DNA of 62,760 bases, filler included, from Chiloscyllium plagiosum (GCF_004010195.1; 6 parts of 2 records of this genome joined end to end with filler, not necessarily neighbours in it); one strand, 5' to 3'. Positions 11,956 through 24,220 are shown, counted from the whole stretch's first letter. Notes: generated by a model not told the origin, from the sequence alone. Made by a program: numbers and translations.

Positions 11956-12018
11956 GAATGAGGAAAGTGTGTCCAGCAGGCTAAGATAAAAGGTAGGGAG
12001 GAGGGACTTGGGGGAGGG

Positions 12019-12118
12019 NNNNNNNNNNNNNNNNNNNNNNNNNNNNNNNNNNNNNNNNNNNNTTAATTAATTAANNNNNNNNNNNNNNNNNNNNNNNNNN
12101 NNNNNNNNNNNNNNNNNN
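12019..12118. other. Assembly gap spacer (N run, TTAATTAATTAA, N run; 100 bp); also at 26675, 33841, 49246 and 58842
   Basis: The same construct appears five times; the 12-mer has stops in all six frames. Confidence 0.95.
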
Positions 12119-15100
12119 ACGTAGGTGGGGAGTTCTTGGACTAAGGGGGACAGGACGGTGTCAAGGTATGCAGAGATGAGTTCGGTGGGGCAGGAGCAGG
12201 CTGAGACAATGGGTCGGCCGGGGCAGTCAGGTTTGTGGATTTTGGGCAGGAGGTAGAAACGGGCGGTGCGGGGTTGTGGGACTATGAGGTTGGAGGCGGT
12301 GGATGGGAGATCCCCTGAGGTGATGAGGTTATGGACGGTCTGGGAGATGATGGTTTGGTGGTGGGAGGTGGGGTCATGGTCAAGGGGGCAGTAGGAGGAG
12401 GTATCTGCGAGCTGGCGTTTAGCCTCAGCGGTGTAAAGATCGGTGCACCAAACTACCTCCGCTCCTCCCTTGTCTGCCGGTTTGATGGTGAGGTTGGGGT
12501 TGGAGCGGAGGGAGTGGAGGGCTGCATGTTGCAAGGGTGAGAGGTTGGAGTGGGTGAGGGGGTGGACAGGTTGAGGCGGTCAGTGTCACGGCGGCCCCTT
12601 GTGAACAGAGGATCATTATTCCCTTGTCTCCTCCTCTACCAGGCATCCTGCATCATGCCAGAGGATGTTTTCTCACCCTCTCTGCCCTGTTTTATGATCA
12701 GCCAAAATTCTTATTGAGCTCACTCTCTTCATCAAATGATTCTCGCATCTGCTGTAGCCAGAAAGTATTGCTTTTCCCACATTAAAGAGTAATTGTTTAG
12801 CTTGAAGAAATGCAGATAGCTTTAAGTGGTGCTTACATTGCCCAAACATGGGGCCCTTGTTGCAGCATGCAGCTACTCAGCAGTATCTTTACCCTGGTGT
12901 TTTGCTGCTAGCATGAAAATTATCAAGCTGCACAAAGTCTGCGTGTAACCTACATGAGAATGGTGGGCACCAGTTAATTACACAATACACGTTATCTTAT
13001 CTATGATCAGGCCCGGTTCAGTGGTTCAGCCTGCAGCCACTTTAACATCTTTGAAACTCTCTTTCTGACACTTTTCCCTCAGCTGCTTCTCTTTGTTTCT
13101 GAAAAGGTTTACTTTTGATCATCGAACTCTTTCGCTGCAGCTCAGCGAGTGCTCGGACCAATCTGAAGCAGTTTGGAACATTTGTTATTTAATACACGAT
13201 ATAAAAATGAAAGTTGTTGCAATAGAATGGGTCAGATGCAAAATGAAGATCCCTCATGCCTCCAAAAGCAATGTACCTGAACCACAAACTCGAAACAGAA
13301 AACAAGACGACGTTGACCCCTCATGCCTTGGTCCTTCAAGGACAGTCAAGGTGGAGAGTGGGTCTGTGCCATGCTGGCAGTGTGTTCCTATCCTCAAGCC
13401 CACCATCTTACACAAACCCAAAAGGACACTTCCTAACCCAGAGGAGAGATGGCCTCATTGAAATAACAAAGTTTCTCCTCAATTATGCAATTGGGAACTG
13501 GGGCCATTTTGCTCCCAGGATACCAGAGCATCATCTTGTCTCAGACTTATTAACATCCTCTGCCAGTGAACAGCTCCCACAAAGATGCCCAGTGAAATGT
13601 CCTATCAGGCCCGAGAAGAATACTAATCTTTCCCTGATTGTGAATGTTACTGATCCTGACCCTTTCTCTCCTTGTTAAGGACTGTTTGTGTGGATTCCAG
13701 TGGGGGCCCAACCCTCCAGCCTCCCACACCAACCCACCGTATTAATCTTATTCCTGTTGGTTATGGGAACAGTCCTGATCAGGCATCCACATGACAGTTA
13801 AATACCTTACTGCACTCTTTGCCCTCTGTGACTCAGTTTTTAGCCTGAACTAAAACTGAGGATTCAAAAAAAATATCTCTCCAAACAAAGGGATTAAACA
13901 AAAACACAAAGGGTAATTTAATTATCTGTATTGAGAGAAGAGTTCATAATGGAATGAAAGACATAATGTCACCGTCACATCAAAGTCTATAAAACTAATT
14001 GATATCTTGCAGAGAAAAATACTTCAGATCCTAGGTCATGGGTCAATAACAAGCTAAAGAAGTCTATTTGTCTTCTTACTAAAACTTTCAGTACCTAGGT
14101 GAAATACAATCAAAATGCAACAAAACAAATAACAAAAAAGATTCATCAGACAGAGATCTAAATTAATTATTTCCATTTTTTCAAACTAGAAGTGATTTCT
14201 GTGTACTTTTATTTTGTGAAGCTTTTCATTTTGCAATCTCTTTGCATTGGCAATTTATTTTCACAATGTCGTTCATTGAGAAAACAATTTCCAAATGAAC
14301 GCCAAGTAAATATATTTCTTTTGAAAGATCTTGTATACTGTAGAAACTGTTATGGTAGCTTAGCAGTTCTACACTGAATTGAACAATGAATATTTTTAAT
14401 GAAAAGAACAATGGGGACACAAGCTCAAATGTCACAAATTCAAAACAGAAGATTGTTTGAGCTGGTTACTTCAACCCTGATGCCCAGGTCTGCAGAACTC
14501 CAATTATTTTTGTTAATTTTATTTTCTCCCTTTTAGTTTCTCACTGCTTTCTTTCACTGAGCAGTTCCCTCACCTTTGGCGAGGAAGACTGAATGAGCAA
14601 AGATCCTGATCACACTTGCAGCCAACACCATTTCCTGATCAACCCTGATGATTAATCTGATGGGATCCTACCAGATTCCTCATGCCTCGTCTTCCCTTGA
14701 AATGCAGCCACTTATGTCTACAGTCATGGCTGAAATTCACACATTGGTTTCATTCACAATGGTCTGATCCCATTTCAGGGGGTCTGCTTCAGGGTCTGAC
14801 TCCAAACACATCAAGGTGACATTTTAATGCAGTGCTGAGGGAGTTCTGCACTCTTGGAGGTCCCATCTTTCGGGTGATCCCCAATCTTCCTACTTATGTG
14901 GATGGGAGAGATTCAAAGGCACGATTGCAAAGAAGAGCAGGGTATCACAACCAATATTTATCACAGAATCACAACGTTATTATCGAGCACGAGGAAGCCA
15001 ATCTGCTCATCTTGTCTGCACTAGGTCACGGAATGAGCATTTCACTCAGTACCATTCCCCAGCCTTCTCCATGTGACCCTGTATATTCTTCCTCTTCCAA

Positions 15101-15308
15101 TGACTGGCCTATTCCCTGTTGAGTGCCTCAATTAAAGCTACCTCCACCACACACAAGCAGTGAGTTCCAGATCTTGCTGCATGAAAAGCTTCTTCTCCAT
15201 GTCGACTTTGAAGAACCAGTTACTTTCATTACTCTGTCTCAATATTTGCTCCAAGTGAAAACAGTTGCTCCCTCTTTACTCTGTCCAGACCCATCATGAT
15301 TTGGAGAC

Positions 15309-15337
15309 CTGATGAAGGAGCGGTGCTCCGAAAGCTA
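15309..15337 (+). ncRNA. Minimal hammerhead ribozyme motif of a second repeat family (fragment ~15305-15398)
   Basis: CTGATGA-a-GGAGC-ggt-GCTCC-GAAA-GCTA; palindromic AGCT helix III. Confidence 0.65.
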
Positions 15338-15594
15338 GTGCTTCCAATTAAACCTGTTGGACTATAACCTGGTGTTGTGGGATATTTAACTTTGTACAGA
15401 CCCATCAAGTTTTCACAATCAACGTCAAAAAAATCAAATGATCCAAACACTCTGCCATTGCTCTCTGGGGGACACGTTGGCTGCCATGGCTTTGACATCA
15501 CAATGGTGAACACACTTTACAAAGGAATTAATTGACTGTAAAGAGAGGCTTCCAGGTGGGGTGGTGACAAGTGTTGTATAAATGCACACAGGAG

Positions 15595-16590
15595 GTGCTG
15601 GCCTATTGGTATTGCCATTTGACTACTAATCCAGAGACCCAGCTAATGTTCTGGAGAGCTGGTTTTGAATTCCACTTTGGGAGATGGTAGAATTTGAACT
15701 CAATAAAAGAAATCTGGAATTTAGTGCCTAATGGTGACCATGAATCAATTGTCGGGGGAAAACCCATCTGATTCACTAACGTCCTTCAGGAAAGGAAACT
15801 GCCTTCATCACCTGGTCTGGCCTATGTGTGATTCCAGGCCTACATGTGACTCCAGACCTACATGTGACTCCAGACCTACATGTGACTCCAGGCCTACATG
15901 TGACTCCAGACCTACCTGTGACTCCAGGCCTACATGTGACTCCAGGCCCACATGTGACTCCAGACCTACCTGTGACTCCAGACCTACCTGTGACTCCAGC
16001 CCCACCTGTGACTCCAGATCTACCTGTGACTCCAGGCCTACATGTGACTCCACACCTACATGTGACTCCAGGCCTACCTGTGACTCCAGACCTACATATG
16101 ACTCCAGGACTACATGTGACTCCAGACCCACATGTGACTCCAGGCCTACCTGTGACTCCAGACCTACATGTGACTCCGGACCCACATGTGACTCCAGGCC
16201 TACCTGGACTCCAGACCTACATGTGACTCCAGACCCACATGTGACTTCAGGCCTACCTGGACTCCAGACCTACATGTGACTCCAGATCCACATGTGATTC
16301 CAGACCCACATGTAACTCCAGACCCACTTGTGACTCCAGGCCTACCTGTGACTCCAGACCTATATGTGACTCCAGACTACATGTGACTCCAGACCCACAT
16401 GTGACTCCAGACCTACATGTGACTCCAGACCCACATGTGACTCCAGACCCACATGTGACTCCAGGCCTACCTGTGACTCCAGACCCACATGTGACTCTAG
16501 GTCCACAGCAATGTGGTTGACTTATAACAGTTCGGGGCAGGCAGTAACTGTTGCTTCAGCCAGCAACAGTCTCATTCTGAGAATGAATGT
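15595..16590 (+). mobile_element. Second-family SINE containing an expanded minisatellite
   Basis: Collinear with 33310-33645 on both sides of the array. Confidence 0.75.
15820..16505. repeat. 18-bp minisatellite (cctacatgtgactccaga)n, ~38 units
   Basis: Directly visible; explains the TCDSRP/HVTPDL ORFs. Confidence 0.95.
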
Positions 16591-16779
16591 CAAAACATGT
16601 TTTATCCCCCTTTCTTTGTCAACTGTCTATATTTCACTTAAGTACAAAAAAAAACAGACAATGTTGTACCCGGTTTATGTGTGTAATCTGGCACAAGTCC
16701 CATGTTTAGAAGTTGAATTCTGTGAAATTGGAAGCGCAATTTTATCAGTTGCCCACCTTTAACAGGCACCTGGTACAAG

Positions 16780-17040
16780 ATTAGATTAGATTCCCTACAG
16801 TAGGGAAGCAGGCCCTTCGGCCTAACAGGTCCACAACAACCCCTTGAAGGACAACCCACCCAGATCCATTCCCCTAACTAATGCACCTAATTAGCACAGC
16901 CAATTCACCTGACCTGCACGTCTTTGGATTGTGGGAGGAAACCCACACAGAGACGGGGAGAACATGCAAACTCCACACACAGTCGCCCGAGGCTGGAATC
17001 GAACCCGGGTCCCTGCCACTGTGAGCCAACGTGCCACCCA
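16780..17040 (-). mobile_element. HE1/V-SINE-like SINE with internal deletions
   Basis: (attag)n tail at left and tRNA-like head at right. Confidence 0.8.
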
Positions 17041-17923
17041 CAAATAGGCTGTCTAACACGTGTTTAAGACCTAGGATTCAGACCTGCCCCATTTAGGACT
17101 GAAGATAGCAGCAACAGTCATCTTTGAAAGCCAAATTTCAGAAAAGTATGTTTTTTCAAAAAAGAACATTTTTGTATCTTTTTCTTCGTTCCACAACCAC
17201 AAATGCAGGTTCCAAGGTAGCAACAAATTTCTCACAACTGTACGGCACATTGGTTCTGTCTACAGGATGTTATTAACCAGAGAAAGCACAGTCATTTAAA
17301 AAGCAACATTCAGGAAACAGTGGTAGGAGAACAGTTCTTCAGTAACTTGTGAACATTATAATGAAGGAGAGGGAATGACAAAAAGTAGATGAGTTGAAAT
17401 TTTTACAAGTATTGCATTTCTGGACGTGACTACCTGAATATAATGCTCAGCCAGTCAATGTCAGATTTACATTCATTGTTGATAAGGGAACGATTACTTG
17501 TACAAATTTCAGAGTGGATTACGTTTTAAAGCAAAATGTAATGTCTTTTGTATGATTACAGAAACATTAGTGCTGTGTCTTTTTAGCACGTCCTTATCTG
17601 ATGGATTTTGCAACTGGGTAGGAGGAACCAAAGAATTGAGTACAGCCACAGTCTATGCAGGGAGATTTGAAAGGAATTTTCAAATAACGATGTAAGTCCA
17701 AACCAATTATTGTGTCGAGAGAAAAATTATAGAGAACACCAGGTTAAAAAAAACTGAAAGAAACATACTTGTTTTAAAGTGCACTTAAACACTAAGGTAT
17801 ATTGCTGTCAAATTTCAAACATCTGGGTGTAGCTATTCACTGAAGTAAGCCAGAGGCTGATAGCAGGTAATGCAGTAGAGTCCAGCCACATTCAACATAA
17901 CAATGTTTGACAGTGACACTTAC

Positions 17924-17987
17924 TGTTGGCAGAAAATAAGAAGGCCACCGACAGAATCAAATACAATCTCCAATTCCACTGGTTCAT
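17924..17987 (-). CDS. Candidate first coding exon encoding a signal peptide (MNQWNWRLYLILSVAFLFSAN, phase 1)
   Basis: aacATGa context, hydrophobic core, consensus donor GTAAGT at 17923-17918, in apparently non-repeat sequence; no downstream exon confirmed. Confidence 0.35.
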
Positions 17988-18589
17988 GTTACCTTTACAG
18001 ATGGTGTGCATACCCAATTTTATTCTGCTCTGATTTCCTCTCTTGCTCAAAGAATCGTCATATTTCCTGTTTCCTGTGAGTGTTTCTGACTCTAATATTT
18101 CTTCAGGAGCTGTTCTTGAATGATCTTTTTAGGAAGTGATGCAATGTAACCTGAGCTAGCTGCTGTGACAGGTTGATTAGTTCTGAAAGTGCTTTCTTTC
18201 TTATTTATCTGCTTGAAAGTGGTTCATGTAGGCTTTTCAATTAGATCTTTGTTAAAACAGTCCACCTTCACCAAACCCCAGGGGAGATATATCTTTGTTA
18301 TCCACTCTAGTTTGTGAACACAGCATATGAGTATTTGATGTTAAGAAACATTATGCTGTGATATGTTTTGATAAACCTTTAATACAGGACGAAAAATATC
18401 ATGCGAACTAATTAAACCCATTGCTTCCTGCCATTTGAGAAGGTCACATATGTTAATATTTCTTCCGTAAAATTACCCTAAAGCAGAAAGAGATTAAAAC
18501 ATAAACTGTTCAGATTATTGTTCCACAGTTTTTCTTAGTTTGATGTTATCTTCACTTGTCTTTCTTAATTATCGCGTCAGAGAGTTGTA

Positions 18590-19885
18590 GAGTCATACAG
18601 CACAGAAACAGACCCTTCCATCCTACCAGTCCGTGACAATCATAATCCCCAGTTAAGCTAGTCCCACCTGCCTGCACTTGGCTCAAGATCCTCCAAACAT
18701 TTCTTATTCAGGTACTTATCTAAATGTCTTTCAAATGTTATAACTGTACCCGCATTCACCATTTCTGCTGAAAGTTCATTCCACACACGAACCACTTCCT
18801 GTGTAAACAAATTGCCCCGAATGTCTTTTTAAAAATCTTTCACCTCTCACCTCAAACATTCGACCCCTAGCCTCGAGATCCCCTACCCTAGGGAAAAGAC
18901 ACTTGCTATTCACCTTATCTATGCCCCTAATTATCTTATAAACCTCTACTCAACCTCCTATGCTCCAGTGAAAACAGCCCAGCCTTTCCTAATAACTCAA
19001 ATCCTTCATTCTTGGCAACATTCTGGTAAATCTCATCTGAATCCTCTCCAGTTTAATAATATCCTTCCTATAAAAGGGAGACCAGGCTGGACACAGTATT
19101 CCAGAACAGGCCTCACCAATGTCCTGTAGAACCCCAATATAAGCCCACTGTGGGCGGCACGGTGGCACAGTGGTTAGCACTGCTGCCTCACAGCGCCAGA
19201 GACCCGGGTTCAATTCCCGCCTCAGGCTACTGACTGTGTGGAGTTTGCACATTCTCCCCGTGTCTGCGTGGGGGTGCTCCGGTTTCGTCCCACAGTCCAA
19301 AAATGTGTAGGTTAGGTGAATTGGCCATGCTAAATTGCCTGTAGTGTTAGGTGAAGGGGTAAATGTAGGGGAATGGGTCTGGGTGGGTGCGCTTCGGTGG
19401 GTCAGTATGGACTAGTTGGGCTGAAGGGCCTGTTTCCACACTGTAAGTAATCATCCAATAACATCCCAACTCCAACTCAAAGGTCTGAGCAATGAAGGCA
19501 TGCCTGCCTAACCACATTATCTATATGTGATCCAAGCTTCAAAGAATTACGTACCTGCACCCCCTAGGTCTCTCTGTTCCTCAACACTACCCAAGGTACT
19601 TGTTTAACTTTGTATAAGTCTTGTCTTTGTTTGTTTTACCAAATGCAGCACCTCGCATTTATCCAAATTAAACTCTAATTGCCACTCCTCAGCCCATTGA
19701 CCCATCTGATCAAGACCTCTTTATAATCTTAGAGAACCTTCCTCACTGTCCATTATGCCACCAATGTCGGTGTCATCCGCAAACTTATTACCCACATCTT
19801 CTGTATTCTCATCTAAATCATTTATATAAAAGACATTCAAAACTGAATCCAGCACCAATCCCTGTGAAATCCAGTCCGAAAAGCT
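18590..19885 (-). mobile_element. CR1 LINE RT-to-3' fragment with nested SINE
   Basis: YINDLDEN..NKFADDT.IGG; WSPFYRKDIIKLERIQ.RFTRMLP. Confidence 0.85.
19152..19450 (+). mobile_element. Near full-length HE1/V-SINE-like SINE
   Basis: gggcggcacggtggcacagtggttagc (A box), ggttcaattccc (B box), core tgtgtggagtttgcacattctccccgtg, CR1-like 3' end. Confidence 0.85.
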
Positions 19886-20439
19886 ACCTCTGACCAGACT
19901 GGCATGTTGTGGTTGACTTGCCCTAATGAGGGAAGGTACCATTGTTTGGAGCAAAGGGATTTCTTTGTGGCCGATTGTGAAAAGCGAGACGCAGAGCTGA
20001 GGCATTAACACCAGAGGCCGAATCTTACGTTGTTTTGGTTAAGTCCAAATCACTTCATGTTTGGTAGAATGATTCTCATGGTGAGGTTGAGTGCGTTTTC
20101 TTACCGAATCTAGCCAAATTCAAGCACTCGCTCATTTTTCAGCCCTCGTGGTTAAGTATCAAGTCAGATTTCTGCCTCATCTTCTCATATGCCAATCCTG
20201 GAGAATTCCTCACTTGTTGGATGACCCAGCATTCCCAGAATTCCCTTGCCCTCCCACCATCTCTTTGAAAGGCCATTGTGAATCCTGACAAGCATCATCA
20301 GCCTGGCCCGGCCCGGCCCGGCCCAGCCCTGCCTTTATGGTTCCTGACATTTGCCAGTACTTGGCAGACACAGGGAAATCAGGGTCTGGGAGCTTCTACT
20401 GGGCAGGGTACTCTTTCCTCAGGACCAGCAGTGAAGGCA

Positions 20440-20560
20440 TGACACCAGACCATGCCAGTCTGGTCAGAGGTTGGCACCTGGTTTAAAGCACTCACAGTCG
20501 TCTGTAAGAACGCCCAGCAATGTAGGAAGATGGTGAATGCCCTTCTCCATTTCACCAGGA
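20440..20560 (+). mobile_element. PIF/Harbinger-type Myb/SANT-like coding remnant; the decayed element probably extends ~20015-21320
   Basis: WSEVG.WFKALTVVCKNAQQCRKMVNAL resembles the W.EVA..VNA....R...QC.KK.NDL helix pattern of Harbinger Myb-like proteins. Confidence 0.55.
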
Positions 20561-21320
20561 TACATTCGACCATCTTCACTCTAATACCTCATCCTCACTC
20601 CGTCTCTGCTGGTGTACCCACATCCCACCAACACCCTCACTCTGCCACTCTCCCTATTGCTGGCAATACCTTCCCCATTGGCCCTCACCCACCACAACCC
20701 CTGATAGCATTAAACATGCATGCCCTCGGTGTTGCCCACTCACAGGACACTTCCTCAGGACACCGCACCACTAGTAACAGCAGTGCCACCCACTTTCATC
20801 TCTTGTAATTCCTGCCTCCCTCCCAGTCCAGGAGGACAATAACCTCCAATAGGGCAGAGAGAGTGAAAGCAGATGGTATCGTGCCCATTATTTAGATCCT
20901 GACCCCTTATGAGGAGACCACCCTGACTCTGACCAATCTGAGACGACCCTGGGGGCTACCCTTGACCTGGGATCCCTGTACTTGACTGGAGCCTGCTGAC
21001 AAATGTGACATGGTTCCTTCCATTGCCTCTGCACTAAACGGCATGAAATGACAGCAGCTATATGAGCCTGGCATCCCTGGCTGAGGGGATCAAAGGACAA
21101 AAAGGCAGAGTAGAGACTCTGTGAGCATCCAGGTAGATCCTGAGTGAGTGACTGCAATGACAGTGGGTGAAGAGTCTGGTGCAGTCTCTGACTGCACAGT
21201 GTCCTTGCTGTAACATTACAACAAGTGTTGTCTCTGCAGTCAGAGGTGCAGCACTGAAGTCATGTAAACAGCTTGGAGATGACCCATGAGATTTGTTAGA
21301 GGCTGACTCATGTTAGTCCA

Positions 21321-21600
21321 CGGCACGGTGGCTCAGTGGTTAGCACTGCTGCCTCACAGCACCAGGGTCTCAGGTTCAATTCCAGCTTTGGGCAACTGTC
21401 TGTGTGGAGTTTGTACATTCTTCCCAGGTCTGTGTGGGTTTACTCTGGGTCTCCTCCCACAGCCCTTAAAATGTGCGGGTTAGCCATGCTAAATTGCCCA
21501 GCAGACTGGGTGGGTTAGCCATTGGGAGTATGGAGTTACGGGGAGACGTGGGATGATCTTCAGAGGGTCAATGTGGACTCACTGGGCCATTCCACACAGT
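21321..21600 (+). mobile_element. Diverged HE1/V-SINE-like SINE
   Basis: cggcacggtggctcagtggttagcactgctgcctcacagc head. Confidence 0.8.
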
Positions 21601-21606
21601 AATTAT

Positions 21607-22273
21607 TCTATGGCAGAGATTGATGTTTGTGAGTATGGGGTGTCTATGACAGAGATTGATGTTTGTGAGTGTGGGGTATCTGTGGCAGAGATTGATGTTT
21701 GTGAGTGTGGGGNNNNNNNNNNNNNNNNNNNNNNNNNNNNNNNNNNNNNNNNNNNNNNNNNNNNNNNNNNNNNNNNNNNNNNNNNNNNNNNNNNNNNNNN
21801 NNNNNNNNNNNNNNNNNNNNNNNNNNNNNNNNNNNNNNNNNNNNNNNNNNNNNNNNNNNNNNNNNNNNNNNNNNNNNNNNNNNNNNNNNNNNNNNNNNNN
21901 NNNNNNNNNNNNNNNNNNNNNNNNNNNNNNNNNNNNNNNNNNNNNNNNNNNNNNNNNNNNNNNNNNNNNNNNNNNNNNNNNNNNNNNNNNNNNNNNNNNN
22001 NNNNNNNNNNNNNNNNNNNNNNNNNNNNNNNNNNNNNNNNNNNNNNNNNNNNNNNNNNNNNNNNNNNNNNNNNNNNNNNNNNNNNNNNNNNNNNNNNNNN
22101 NNNNNNNNNNNNNNNNNNNNNNNNNNNNNNNNNNNNNNNNNNNNNNNNNNNNNNNNNNNNNNNNNNNNNNNNNNNNNNNNNNNNNNNNNNNNNNNNNNNN
22201 NNNNNNNNNNNNTGTTTGTGAGAATGGGGTGTCTATGGCAGAGTTTGATGTTTGTGAGTGTGGGGTGTCTATA
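21607..22273. repeat. 36-bp minisatellite spanning a 500-N gap
   Basis: Unit tctatggcagagattgatgtttgtgagtgtggggtg occurs on both sides of the gap. Confidence 0.85.
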
Positions 22274-22382
22274 GAGAGTGACCTGAGATGTTGGTGACAG
22301 TGTCCTACATACGCTAAGTGGTGAGTTCAACCAACAACCTGCTCTGGTTTTTATGGCAAATTTACCTAACGCCATCTTGGTG

Positions 22383-23485
22383 TGTTATGAAGATGCAGTG
22401 TACCTTTAAGAGAGAGAGGAAGTTGGAAAGGACTGACATCACAGAGTGTCCTGAACAAATTAAAAATGTAACACTTGGTTGAAACAAATAGCTGGAGCTG
22501 CGTAGCCATGGAACAAAAACAAATTCAAATTTGGCCAATCAGTTTAAATTATATCAAAATCCAATTGAATTTGAATTTAATGCTTTGATGACATCAAACC
22601 AATGAAACGAACTGATGTTTTGGGGTATATAACTGGACATTTTGAACAGTTATGTGGAGAACTGCAAAGAACACCAACAAAAACAGACTGCTCGCCAAAC
22701 AGCTCTCTGAAAGTTACCTGTCCGTAAGGAAGAAGACCAAAGAAAAGCAGACCCAGAAGAATACAGAGGAGAATCTGTAAAGGAGAATCTATAGAGGAGA
22801 ATCCATAGAGGAGAATCTATAGAGGAGAATCTATAGAGGAGAATCTGTAGAGGAGAATCTATAGAGGAGAATCTATAGAGGAGAATCTATAGAGGAGAAT
22901 CTGTAGGGGAGAATCTATAGAGGAGAATCTATAGAGGAGAATCTGTAAAGGAGAATCTATAGAGAAGAATCTATAGAGGAGAATCTATAAGGGAGAATCT
23001 ATAGAGGAGAATCTATCGAGGAGAATCTGTAGAAGAGAATCTATAGAGGAGAATCTATGGAGGAGAATCTATAGAGGAGAATCTGTAAAGGAGAATCTAT
23101 AGAGGAGAATCTATAGAGGAGAATCTATAAGGGAGAATCTATAAGGGAGAATTTATAGTAGAGAATCTATAGAGGAGAATCTATAGAGGAGAATTGACAA
23201 AGCTGGCTGGTTTTGAAACTTTTTTTTTGTAAATCTTAATCAAGATTTGTTTATCGGACCAGCATTGTAGAGGGGGAGGTAAAAGATAGGTTTAAGAGAA
23301 AGGAGTTGTCAATAGTTGTCGAATTTCCCCTTTGGACTTAAAGAATAAAATTGTCAATTTTTACTTTAAATAGTGACCTCTGGTATAGTTCTTTACATCT
23401 TGAAATTTAACAGATTACGGTGTGAGGTGAGCTTCTCTGTGTGTCGGGTTTAAGTTAGCAGAGAGGTTTACCCCATGTCATAACA
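22383..23485 (+). mobile_element. Solo LTR
   Basis: Termini TGTTATGA...TCATAACA (8-bp inverted repeat); CCAAT boxes, TATATAA at ~22626, AATAAA at 23344; flanks ggtg/agtg (4-bp TSD with one mismatch). Confidence 0.8.
22765..23192. repeat. 14-bp minisatellite (agaggagaatctat)n inside the solo LTR, ~30 units
   Basis: Directly visible. Confidence 0.95.
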
Positions 23486-23624
23486 AGTGGGATTGTAACC
23501 CATGGTGAGCAATCCAGTAGAGCTGGGCTATTAACACACCGTTTAACTTGTAATAATGATCATCAAATGGGAACTCACTGCTGTCTCGTGAGATTCTCAC
23601 CAGGCTGCTTGCAAAAAGCAAATA

Positions 23625-23940
23625 AGATTAGATTCCCTTAGTATGGAAACAGGCCCTTCGGCCCAACCAGTCCACACCGACCCTCCAAAGAGTAACCCAC
23701 CCAGACCCATTTCCTAATGCACCTAGCATGGCCAATCCACCCTAACCTGCACATCTTTGGTCTGTGCGAGGAAACCGGAGCACCTGGAGGAAACCCACGC
23801 AGACAGGGGGAGAATGTGCAAAGGTTTACCCCATGTCATAACAAGTGGGATTGTAACCCATGGTGAGCAATCCAGTAGAGCTGGGCTATTAACACACACG
23901 GGAACCTGGCAGGCAGCAGTGCTAACCACTGAGCCACTGT
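23625..23940 (-). mobile_element. HE1/V-SINE-like SINE with a templated 76-bp insertion
   Basis: SINE similarity at 23625-23821 and 23900-23940. Confidence 0.8.
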
Positions 23941-24176
23941 ACCAATATAGAAGGATGACCTTGATGTTGAGATGGGCCTCATCAAAAGTCATGCCCAGTT
24001 CTACCCACATCTCACTACACCCCATGTCGCTCAGAGCTTGATAAGTTTTCACCCTGAGTGTACAATCACCAAGCGATTTGTTTGGATGAATCTGTGTACA
24101 AGGCGGACAAATGTTTCACCTTTGATGGTTTCTTTATGGAGCTGAAGCCTTGAACTCCTCACCTCTGCCCTCTCAG

Positions 24177-24220
24177 AGACACAGATCAAGAGGTGCAAAG
24201 CTTTCACAAGAGCAGAAATG
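24177..24220 (+). other. Candidate 44-nt exon
   Basis: Acceptor ctcctcacctctgccctctcAG and donor atg|GTAAGT. Confidence 0.3.

Larger units (their letters stand above)
11865..12590 (-). mobile_element. Penelope-like element (RT fragment, assembly gap, 3' terminal repeat)
   Basis: IKPADKGG.VV, RFYLLPKIHK.DCPGRPIVS are PLE RT motifs. Confidence 0.9.

Noticed and set aside
12063..12074. Recurrent TTAATTAATTAA palindrome
   Set aside because: Always centred in a 100-bp N block, so it is an artificial scaffold spacer
13040..13678. ORFs and a possible terminal exon (LVRALAELQRKSS..., minus strand)
   Set aside because: No recognisable homology, and it cannot be joined in phase to other candidate exons
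15731..16279. Cys-rich TCDSRP repeat protein
   Set aside because: Translation of an 18-bp minisatellite inside a SINE
19152..19225. SINE heads as tRNA genes
   Set aside because: A and B boxes are present but there is no proper cloverleaf, and they run into SINE body sequence
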